Shown here: positions 39,031 through 49,845 of the stretch, in pieces
How the letters are laid out: each line of letters opens with the position of its first letter
How positions within the stretch are numbered: position 1 is the first letter of the stretch
Source of the DNA: Haliotis rubra
Lineage: Eukaryota
DNA: 64,000 nt
Direction of reading: 5' to 3'
NCBI RefSeq assembly: GCF_003918875.1
Contig: NW_025765076.1
Location: 186,001-250,000, forward strand
Notes under the pieces: generated by a model
What the model saw: the letters and a program-made list of their open reading frames with translations, nothing else
The model's database searches: none
What the model was told of the DNA's origin: nothing
Position numbers and translations under genes: made by a program

Positions 39031-39612
39031 GGAGGATTTTGTGCACTGTCGCGAGTCACTAGTGACCAGATCTCCGCCAGTCAGTCAGTGTCCTGGCATG
39101 TTCTGGTACAGTATACAAAACCCAACGACTTACCACTGGCTTAGTCGAGTTCTGGGTGAATAGACACCGCGCGATTAGCAATGAAAGAGCTTAGGTGACA
39201 CTTGGTGAGTGAATCAACTTGTCATAGTGGGCAATACTATTCACATACTTGTTGTGGGTGAATAGTATTTCAAGATCTGTCATATAGACCGTTATGTCTC
39301 CCACTCGATCGCCTCCATGGTGTACTGCATAGCAAGTAGTCTATGGTTTGATCCATTGGCCCCAGCCTACTACAGTCCGTTTGATTTCATTTGAGACCGA
39401 TCAATTGCTCACAAACAACAAAATCTAACATCTGCAACAAAACCAAATTTCGCACAGTCACATGAAATCGACAGACCAACTCTGACGATTTGCCTTATAA
39501 GTTTGGACACCGGAAAAAATGGTGGTTTAACAAACAATCATTATTTTGTAGTAACTTTTGCCATTTTGTACGAAGGGGGACCACTTGCTGGTAGAACACC
39601 CAGGTAATCAAG

Positions 39613-39750
39613 NNNNNNNNNNNNNNNNNNNNNNNNNNNNNNNNNNNNNNNNNNNNNNNNNNNNNNNNNNNNNNNNNNNNNNNNNNNNNNNNNNNNNNNN
39701 NNNNNNNNNNNNNNNNNNNNNNNNNNNNNNNNNNNNNNNNNNNNNNNNNN
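39613..39750. other. Assembly gap (138 N)
   Basis: Run of N. Confidence 1.
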
Positions 39751-40489
39751 CGCGCACGCACACAAACATGCAGTCACAATTTTTCATGCTGATTTAATCA
39801 CATCCGCGTTGATTCCGACCCAATGAGAGGGTGGTGGTTCAGGGGTGTTTCTGGGTGACCGGGCTGACATTGTGTTAACGTATTACACCAACCCAACAAA
39901 CACATCACGACAGATACGTACCACAGATACGTCGTGATCATCAAACACGCCTGTGTTAGGTGGGGCTACAAACTCCGCCCTCCATTCAAAGCATTTTGTA
40001 GGAGAGCGTACAAGAGTGTGCAGGTATGTGCAAATGTGTGCCAATGACATGCCACATCACTATACAGATAGCTGGCGATTTGGCGGGAAGCACCTCGTTA
40101 TGAAAGGAAATCCGGAGGCCCGGTACAGCCTGTCTATTAATACTCTTACATTGTAGTGTGTACATTCACATTGTCAAACGTTCATGAATGTCTCTGTACA
40201 GTGTGTGTGGATATGTCACAAGCAGTATTAATCCCTATGCGGGGATCACAAATAATGTGTGCATTCGTCGTGCTCGAGGAAATGAGTGTAGAGATCTTTA
40301 GAGGGGCTTAAAAACCATAGAACAAACTCACAACAGAATCAAGGTCTTATGTAACTGTCAAACCTCACACGACACAGGGTTGATCTTAAGCATGATATTT
40401 CACTAAACAGAAAGCCAGAAATTACTGGTCTACAGTTACTGTCTAAAGTCAAGCAGTTGTTACATAAAGAACAGTCAGAGATTGAGCAT

Positions 40490-40585
40490 GGTTTTACACC
40501 GCTTGTATCTATGTCCTGGCTTCACGCGGGGACTCGAACCCCGGCCTTCATTGTGAAGAGCGAACGACTTAACCACCAGGTTGTC
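40490..40585 (-). mobile_element. tRNA-derived SINE head (tRNA-Val-like), not a functional tRNA
   Basis: Minus strand CCTGGTGGTTAAGTCGTTCGCTCTTCACAATGAAGGCCGGGGTTCGAGTCCCCGCGTGA: A-box-like TGGTTAA and B-box GGTTCGAGTCC; no complete acceptor stem seen. Confidence 0.6.
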
Positions 40586-41867
40586 TTGCTGTCCGGCTGA
40601 TTTTGGACATCGAGAGACCGGGGTGTTGACCACACCATGTCAGCTTTCTGCAGTTTCTAACCTGACAGTTGTTTCATCAACAGCGGGATGACTACTGTAC
40701 TTTCACAAACAACTACACGTCTGTGTAGGACGACGCCTGTGTCAGCTCACATGCCCAAACTGTGACTGGACATGACGGTGATTGGCGGGGAACAGGCCCG
40801 TTTCCTGCCGCTCATGTATTTGTTATACGCTTGTATGTGTCAGTAAAAAATGAGGTTTTCACATATGTTAAGTAAGTTACACTTGTGTATTCAGCCATAT
40901 GACACAGACGAAAGACGAACATGTATTGCAAATGGTTTTATTTTACTGTTTCATTTTTCATCTCACTCCTGAAACAGAATCCCTGTGTGCCATTGGCCAA
41001 ACGTGTGACACTCGAAAAACAAGGAAGGTAGAGAAGCTAGGATACGCTAACCTCCGCGGTCGATCTTGAGAATGCCTAGAAAGGTCATCTTGATTTCAAA
41101 AGAGTGGTGGGAAGACGTTTAGACATATCCCACAGAGATTTAATACCTGTTCAAAATAGAAGGTCATGCGGTAAAGCTAAATTAGATCTGAACTCAAGGC
41201 CACTCATCACATTCTTTGTGAGGGGACCCTACCTGTGTTACTTAACTACATAAACATACTTTACCAGAGGGAATTTATCTACCAGAAAGCATTCAGAAAT
41301 AAGAATTGCACCGGTTTTTACCGCATCAAAAGTCACAAGTGATACAACGAAAATCACACACTGTATCCGCGGCAGTTCAGTAGCAAGACGTACATGCAAA
41401 AAACACCAACTACAATGTTTTACATTTTGGTGCAGGTACACTGGATCTAAGAAATAAAACACAGTGAACACATGTACAGCCAGTGCAAGTAAACTAGAGA
41501 CCATCTGCATCCGGGAACGGGTGCAAAGTCGCTCTTTAATATATGTCTGACATGACATTGTGTCAATATCCGAGGCTTGCCGAGGATATTTGTACTTTTA
41601 TCAAGGAGTGTTGATATATTTGATATCAGAAGACACGAGGGTGAGATTCTATTTATCATCAAAATCACTCTTCATTAGTTTTTAATTAAAAATGTACATC
41701 TCTGAACACAGTACTGCCATTAGATTTGCAGTGCAGCGATGTCATAGCATTGTGGCGTCATCAAGTCCATGACGCCATATCATTGTCAGGGCATTGCACT
41801 GTCAAAACGAAATCAGTTTTTGATGATAAATCGAGTTACACAATTGTCCAGGTGACATGCGTCATAC

Positions 41868-44270
41868 CTAAAACAGCGACAGTATTCGATCATGTTTCTT
41901 TGTTCGTGCAATGTCTGCTGCTGTTGCGCCATTTTTGTTTACATCCTTGACGTCTACACCCGGCAGCGGGAGGAGGTACTGCACCATCTGCACATTGCAT
42001 TCCTCATCCCCTCCAGCACAAGCGACGTGGAGGATGCTGTGACCGTCATCATCAACAACAGTTAAATCACAACCTTCCTGTAGAAGGAGATCCAACACGT
42101 CTATGTGACCTCCCTCTGCTGCCACCATGGCTGCTGTCTTCCCGTAGCGGCCTCTGCTGTTGATGTCAATAGACGTGTCCATCAGGACCTTCTCCACAAT
42201 GTCCTTGTTTCCTCCACTAGAAGCCAGATGCAGTATGTTGTTATTGTAATCATCCACCAGCTTCATGTCGCCCCCTTCTTTTAAAAGTAAGTCAAATATA
42301 ACTTTACAACCGCGGTTGGCTGCCACCATTAATGGCGTCCTTCCCTCTCGCCCAGCACTGTTGATGTTGAAAAGGTGTTTGAAGAGCAGATAGTTGACAA
42401 TGCTCACATTATCTCGGATGCAGGCCAGTTGGAGCATATTATCACCATAACTGTCCACGAGTAGAAGACGTGCATGTTCTCTCGTGAGTAGGTCCAACAC
42501 GGGTCTGTTTCCCTGACGTGCCGCCAACATGGCTGGTGTCTGTCCTCGGCGGTCTCTCGTGTCGATGTCAACAAGTTCAAGTTTCAGGAGTTCATTCACC
42601 ATCTTCACATTGTTTCCTAAGCAGGCCAGATGTAGGATGTTCATTCCATCAGCATCAACGTGTGAAACATCGCCCCCTTTACACACTGTGAAGTAGAAGA
42701 CGTCAATGTTGTCAAACTCAGCCGCCATCATCATGGGAGTGCGGCCATGTTTTCCTTTACAGTTGATATCAAAATACCCTTCAGAGACAATATACTTCAC
42801 CATCTCTGTGTGTCCTCCCATACACGCCACGTGGAGGATGTTGTCGTCATCCTCATCCAATACAAACACATCACACTGTTTTGTCAACAGGTACTTGAAC
42901 ACTTCTATATTGCCATTCTCAGCTGCCATCATCATGGCAGTTCGCCCTTTGTATTTCCCCCTTTTGTTGACGTCAAAGTTGAACCTTGAGAGTACATATT
43001 CCACCATATCCACATGACCCCACGACAGGCTGCATGGAACACAGTATCTTCTTCATCATCATCAAGAGACAAATCGCATCCTTCACCCATAAGAAAATCG
43101 AAAACATCCTTACGGCCACTCTCTGCCGCAAGGATCAACATCCTCCTATCATTCAGTCCTTCCGTAACATCCAGTGAAGCGATGTGCATTATCATTGGTA
43201 GATCCCCTCCCACACAGGCAACATAAATAAGCTTGTTCCCAAAGCTGTCTCTAATGGTGATGTCCCCTCCTTTACGCCTGACGACCTCAAAGGCCTCCTT
43301 GTGCCCTGTCTCGGCTGCCGCCATCAGAGGAGTCCTCCCCTTTCTGTCCGTGCCATGGATGAGGGCCCTGCGCTGGTTTCTGTCACATGTGTGCTGCACC
43401 ATACTCCCGTTACCGCCCCTGCACACCACATGGAGGATGTTGTTGCCATCAACGTCTTCCAGAGATCTGTCTCCTCCGTCTCGTAAGAGTAAGTTGTACA
43501 CCTCTTTGTGTCCATACTCTGCAGCAACCATCAAGGGCGTTCTTCCATCATTCCTCCTACTGTTGATGCCCACAATGCGTTTTGAGAGGATATGCTGTAC
43601 AATGTGTACCTTTCCTCCAGCACAGGCCACGTGGAGGATGTTCATCCCCTTGTCATCCAGCAGCGACGTCTGGCCTCCTTTCTCTATGATCAGGTCGAAA
43701 ATCCGTTTGGAACCCGTCCACGCTGCCTTCATTAGCGGTGTCCTGCCCAAGTTCCCTCTACAGTTGATATTGAATATCCGACGTGAGAGCAGATCTTCAG
43801 CAATAAACAGATGGCCTTTAAGACATGCCAGGTGGAGAAGGTTGTCACCGTCATCTCCAACAAGTCTCATGTCGCAGTGTTTGTTGTTTACAAGTTCCAA
43901 GTAGACGTGTTTGCACCCATGACGTGCTGCCAACATCACCGGCGTCAATCTGCTTTTGCCTTTTACATTGATGTCAATAGTTCCTTCAGAGAGAATCAAC
44001 CTGACTATTTTGAGATTATTTCTGACGCAAGCAATATGCAGAATGGTGTTATTGTCTTCATCCACTGCCGACAGATCGGCTCCCTTCCGGCGGAGTAGCT
44101 TAAACACGTCCACGTGCTGGCCATCTGCTGCTGCCATCACTGGTGTCCTGCCGTTTGACCACCGGGTGTTGATGTCAACTCCATCTCGCCGTAAGATGCG
44201 AGTGACTTCATCCACGCTCCCCGAGCAGCAGGCACCGTACAGATCCGCGTTGTTGGTGGTACAGGACATC
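41868..44270 (-). CDS. Gene D: single large exon encoding ~800-aa ankyrin-repeat protein (~23 repeats); 1-nt frameshift near 43018
   Basis: ORFs 42932-44314 and 41868-43013 join at ACRG/GHVDMVEY; repeated GRTPLMxAA and NILHVAC motifs; acceptor tgtcAG at 44272-44271 followed by G-ATG. Confidence 0.93.
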
Positions 44271-44601
44271 CTGACAGAGACATAGGCAGTGATTACTACG
44301 TCTGTCAAACACACTACACTCTGGACTCAAGTCCTTCTATGAGTTTCTAATGCTGTGGTATTGATGCAATATTCTATCATAAAACACCATACACAATGTA
44401 AATCTATATACAATGTCATGTATCTACATTTCGTTCTGTGGTAAATATCCATAATATTGTGTCATGATGACCTTCAGAGTTACCTGTTGTCCTGCTTTGT
44501 TTGTAGAATCAATCGACTTTTCTCTATTAATCTCAGTTAATCCTAAGAATTGCTTACCTCTCTGTCTCACCTGCTTGCCTTGATCAGGCGGCTCGGCGGG
44601 G

Positions 44602-44819
44602 TCAGTAGCGCCTACTGAACGTATAATCGCAGTAAACAGACAACATGTATGTAATATCCTGATAGCTTGCATTATTAAACTGTGAATGTACGTGGTCGAC
44701 CGACAATGAATAGTTCTTTGGCGTCAGCAAGTTGTCAATGAATGATGTTACTGCATGTAGACATTCGTTACTGCACCCTGTCCTTCTGGACTGCATTCGA
44801 GCAGTGACGATGTATGCAC
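44602..44819 (-). CDS. Candidate terminal exon of mucin gene F (~72 aa, 3 Cys, two N-glycosylation sequons)
   Basis: Acceptor aaatAG at 44821-44820, phase 1: (G)AYIVTARMQSRRTGCSNECLHAVTSFIDNLLTPKNYSLSV...NNASYQDITYMLSVYCDYTFSRRY*. It overlaps an alternative signal-peptide-like ORF (44672-44558). Confidence 0.45.
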
Positions 44820-44934
44820 CTATTTGTTCATGTACCAATCCTTCACTCCGAAGTATTGTTAATTAATAATTAACTCATTCCAAAGTTTTGTCATTCATCT
44901 GAAACCAAACACTCCGTCACATTCGTCCTTATCT

Positions 44935-45100
44935 ATTTTTGTCGTACGAGTTGACTAACAGGACGTGGTCAGGCTCGCTGACTGGGTTGATGCATGTAAT
45001 TATATCCCAGACCGTTTATAGATCGATGCTCATGATGTCAATCACTTGATTGTCTGTTTCAAACTGGGATATTTAAAGACCCCCGATGGGAAATATTCTT
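44935..45100 (-). repeat. Short interspersed repeat, reverse copy
   Basis: GTGGTCAGGCTCGCTGACTGGGTTGA...GATCGATGCTCATGATGTCAATCACTTGATTGTCTG is the reverse complement of the family at 5335 and 5703. Confidence 0.7.
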
Positions 45101-45173
45101 TGTCCGGGGTTAAATAAAGTTTTGAATGAAATACATTTGTGAAATGATTGAGACAATAAAGTTTGATATTTGC

Positions 45174-47581
45174 CCGGTGTAGATGTATTTGCCCATGTGG
45201 GTGTAGATGTGGTACATGAGGGAGTAGATGTGGTCCATGTGGGTGTAGATGTGGTCCAGGTAGGTGTAGATGTGGTCCATGTAGGTGTAGATGTGGTCCA
45301 AGTGGGTGTAGATGTGGTCCATGTGGGTGTAGATGTGGCCTTTGTTGGTGCAGATGTGGTCCATGTGGGTGTAGATGTGGTCAATGTAGGTGTAGATGTG
45401 GTCCATGTGGGTGAAGATGTGGTCCATGTGGGTGTAGATGTGGTCCATGTGGGTGTAGATGTGGTCCATGTGGGTGTAGATGTGGTCCAAGTGGGTGTAG
45501 ATGTGGTCCATGTAGGTGTAGATGTGGTCCATGTCGGTGTAGATGTGGTCCATGTGGGTGTAGATGTGGTCCATGTAGGTGTAGATGTGGTCAATGTTAG
45601 TGTAGATGTGGTCCATGTGGGTGGAGATGTGGTCTATGTGGGTGAAGATGTGGTCCGTGTGGGTGTAGATGTGGTCCATGTAGGTGTAGATGTGGTCCAT
45701 ATCGGTGTTGATGTGGTCCATGTAGGTGTAGATGTCGCCTTTGTAGCAGTAGATGTGGCCTTTGTAGCAGTAGATGTGGCCTTAGTCAGCGTAGACGTGG
45801 TCCATGTGGGTGTAGATGTGGTCCATGTCGGAGTAGATGTGGTCCATTTGTGGTATAGATGTGGTCTTAGTCGGTGTACATGTGGTCTATGTAGGTGCAG
45901 ATGTGGTCCATGTGGGTGTAGATGTGGTCCATGTGGGAGGAAATGTGGTCTATGTGGGTGTAGATGTGGTCCATGTGGGTGTAGATGTGGTCCATGTGGG
46001 AGGAAATGTGGTCTATGTGGGTGTAGATGTGGTCCATGTGGGTGAAAATATGGTCCATGCCGGTGGAGATGTGGTCCACGTGGGTGAAGATGTGGTCCAT
46101 GTAGGTGTAGATGTGGTCCATGAGGGTGTAGATGTGGTCCACGTGGTTGAAGATGTGGCCCATGTAGGTGTAGATGTGGTCCATGTGGGTGTAGATGTGG
46201 TCCATGTGGGTGGAGATGTGGTCTATGTGGGTGAAGATGTGGTCCGTGTGGGTGTAGATGTGGTCCATGTAGGTGTGGATGTGGGTCCTTATGTGTGGTA
46301 TGTGGTCCATGTAGCAGTAGATGTGGCCTTAGTCAGCGTAGATGTGGTCCATGTTGGTGTAGATGTTGCCTTAGTAGCAGTAGATGTATGGCCCATGTAG
46401 GTGAAGATGTGGTCCATGTAGGTGTAGATGTGGTCCATGTAGGTGTTGAAGTGGTCCATGTAGGTGTAGATGAGGCCTTAGTAGCAGTAGGTATGGCCCA
46501 TGTAGGTGTAGATGTGGTCCATGTAGGTGAAGATGTGGCCTTTGTAGCAGTAGATGTGGTCCATGTAGGTGTTGATGTGGTCCATGTAGGTGTAGAAGTG
46601 GTCCATGTCGGCGTAGGTGTGGTCCATGTGGGTGTAGATGTGGTCCATGTCGGAGTTGAAGTGGTCCATGTAGGTGTAGATGAGGCCTTTGTAGCAGTAG
46701 ATGTGGCCCATGTCAGTGTAGATGTGGTCCATGTGGGTGTAGATGTGGTCCATGTGGGTGTAGATGTGGTCCATGTGGGTGTAGATGTGGTCCATGTGGG
46801 TGTAGATGTGGTCCATGTGGGTGTAGATGTGGTCCATGTGGGTGTAGATGTGGTCCATGTAGGTGTAGATGTGGTCCATGTGGGTGTAGATGTGGTCCAT
46901 GTGGGTGTAGATGTGGTCCATGTCGGAGTAGAAGTGGTCCATGTAGGTGTAGATGAGGCCTTTGTAGCAGTAGATGTGGCCCATGTCAGTGTAGATGTGG
47001 TCCATGTGGGTGTAGATGTGGTCCATGTGGGTGTAGATGTGGTCCATGTCGGAGTAGAAGTGGTCCATGTAGGTGTAGATGAGGCCTTTGTAGCAGTAGA
47101 TGTGGTCCATGTAGGTGTAGGTGTGGTCCATGTTGGTGTAGACGTGGTCCATGTAGGTGTAGATGTGGTCCATGAGGGTGTAGATGTGGTCCACGTGGTT
47201 GAAGATGTGGTCCATGTCGGAGTAGAAGTGGTCCATGTAGGTGTAGATGAGGCCTTTGTAGCAGTAGATGTGGCCCATGTCAGTGTAGATGTGGTCCATG
47301 TGGTTGTAGATGTGGTCTATGTGAGTGTAGATGTGGTCCATGTGGGTGTAGATGTGGTCCATGTGGGTGTAGATGTGGCCCAGGTGGGTGTAGATGTGGT
47401 CCATGTGGGTGTAGATGTGATCAATGTGGGTGTAGATTTGGTCAATGTGAGTGTAGATGTGGTCTATGTGGGTATAGATGTGGTCCATGTAGGTGTAGGT
47501 GTGGTCCATGTTGGTGTAGGTGTGGTCCATGTGGGTGTAGACGTGGTCCATGTCGGTGTAGATGTACTTCTGTAGTTGTAC
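45174..47581 (-). CDS. Gene F: probable mucin-like exon, 21-bp repeat encoding about 114 x TTSTPTW (variants TATKATS); a few frameshifts
   Basis: Unit length is a multiple of 3; common variants are synonymous in this frame (CCC/CCT/CCG, ACA/ACT/ACC/ACG, TCT/TCA); acceptor gtttAG at 47583-47582; possible GC donor at 45173; same strand as flanking genes. Confidence 0.65.
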
Positions 47582-48773
47582 CTAAACCAAAGTGCATCTG
47601 TCACGTTCAAGTCGGGCATGACAATTCCTCAATGAACGTGCAACTCAATGGAATGACTGATGCATTGATGCAATATGAGGTATGTACTTTATGATAGCAA
47701 TTGCGCTCTGAACAGAGACAAATCTTCACTGCTTTTTGTCCACCTTGGAAAGGTTTGACAATATTCACGCGCCGACAAGTTACATTAAATACGTTAAGGA
47801 CGTTATATAGAAATGTCTCCATGCCTTATTTGTTCCCGAAAGTACTGTACAAGAGCCACTTCGCCACGACATGTCCCCCAGTATGTGTTTGTCTGTTGAA
47901 ATAACAAATGCTGCTTAACTGTGAGGGAAAGTCTTCTGAAGAAAAGAACTTACACTGGTGCCCGAGCAAGTCAGTACTTGTGTATATCGACCTCAGTCCT
48001 GTACGTCCTGAATCAAGGGTGGCAAATCATCGATTACAGATTACAAATCACTAACAAATACGCAAACACTATTACAACCGACCCGCTCCACGTGAAGCTT
48101 TTCACGTGTGACGGCCAAACAGCAGGCGCTTTATACTCACTTCAAAAACTCACGTTACGCTTTGTCATTGGTTTTCCGGTCGAGCTGGTGGCTGAATAAT
48201 TCCGAGTGTTATTTTTGTTTATTGAACACACAAAGATAAGAAGCAGGACGCAATGCATGATTCCATAAAATACGGACCTCAGTAATCCAAATGTTGTGAA
48301 CAGAGTTGGTTCGACTCAGTCACGTGTTTGTCAGAGCGTCGTTGTACCGGAAGTGTTGATCTTAATATCAATCACTGGATTGTCGGGTCCTATTCCTGGC
48401 AGTACAGACTGGTATTAGGAATACACAACGCCTTTCTGAAAGTGGTTGGACGCAACATCATGTTAATAATATATTTTCTATTATACTTTCTTGGTAAAGT
48501 ACAAGTCGTAGTACTATGTGGGTGCCATGCCATGTAGACGCCGCCACGAAGATGGGATACCGCCATAACATGACCGTCGAATATAAAACAGATTTTATCA
48601 AACTGTATCCAGTATTAGCTCATTGTATGTGTAGACGCTATGCGTCCAGTGGAGGATTGGAGGATAAAATCTATTTATATGTTGCGTTTGTAAGAAATAT
48701 GGAATGGATAGTATTACCATATACGTCATAACAGCAGCTACATTAATATATTTAACGTTGTTAACTTGGTTAA

Positions 48774-48923
48774 NNNNNNNNNNNNNNNNNNNNNNNNNNN
48801 NNNNNNNNNNNNNNNNNNNNNNNNNNNNNNNNNNNNNNNNNNNNNNNNNNNNNNNNNNNNNNNNNNNNNNNNNNNNNNNNNNNNNNNNNNNNNNNNNNNN
48901 NNNNNNNNNNNNNNNNNNNNNNN
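48774..48923. other. Assembly gap (150 N)
   Basis: Run of N. Confidence 1.
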
Positions 48924-48939
48924 GAAAAGTTTTTGTCAG

Positions 48940-49157
48940 AGAGAGCATGTGTATACGTGTGAGAGAGTGAGTGTGTGTATACGTGTGCTAGAGACTGTAT
49001 GTACGTGCGAGACAGAGTGTACGTATTGGGGAGGGTGTATACGTGTGAGAGAGTGTGTGTATACGTGGTAGAGACTGTATGTACGTGCGAGAGAAAGTGT
49101 GTGTGTACGTATGGGGGGAGGGTGCATATGTGTGAGAGAGTGTGTGTATACGTGTGT
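48940..49157. repeat. GT/GA-rich degenerate tandem repeat
   Basis: GTGTATACGTGTGAGAGAGTG...GAGACTGTATGTACGTGCGAGA repeated about 3 times. Confidence 0.8.
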
Positions 49158-49845
49158 TTGTTAAGCCCTGTGCCGGCCATTCACAACTGTGCGCGGACCG
49201 TTGTATAGATCCATTATCTGACATTCTCAATCGATAATACAGTTTCCTTACAGCGTCTCACTTTATCCAGCATTAAGTTTCTGTAGTGTCTTAAAGGCTT
49301 CCTAACTCACATTGAAATGTTTGAAAAGGTTCAAGTATTTCAGTCCCCTGAGCTCACAACTACATAACAGCTGGTGAATGCCACTCTTCGTCAGCACAGT
49401 GTCAACACGTGCAGCGATCCCGGCTATGGACATGCATACATGCATAAGTGGATCATGACAACACAAGGTATGCATTCTGTCAGTGGTGGCACACATATTG
49501 TCGATTTATTAAACAGGCACACTCCGTTCATGGTCTGCCAGTTATATACAATACACGCATCACACTCGGTCATACAGCAAGCGTGGATACGTCTGTAGTA
49601 TCAGGATCATGGTTGGGTTTAGGGACAGAAACACCATTCTCGTTATGTGATTTTAATTTACTAATCATAAACTTGTTTTACAGAAGAAAAGCACAGCTAG
49701 TAAAACAGGAAACAAAAGGACAACGAAATCGAAATATTTGCAGTTTTGATACTATATAGAACTATTTTCCCGTCACCAGGGATCTGTACTTCTCATCATA
49801 TGGGTGGATGTCCAGCTGGGACAGAGTGGACAGAGATGACCAGCA

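Noticed and set aside
40490-40585. Functional tRNA-Val gene
   Set aside because: No complete acceptor stem and a poor anticodon arm; better explained as a SINE head.
45170-47575. Plus-strand VDVVHVG protein or minus-strand His-rich MDHIYTH protein
   Set aside because: Common variants are non-synonymous in those frames but silent in the TTSTPTW frame.
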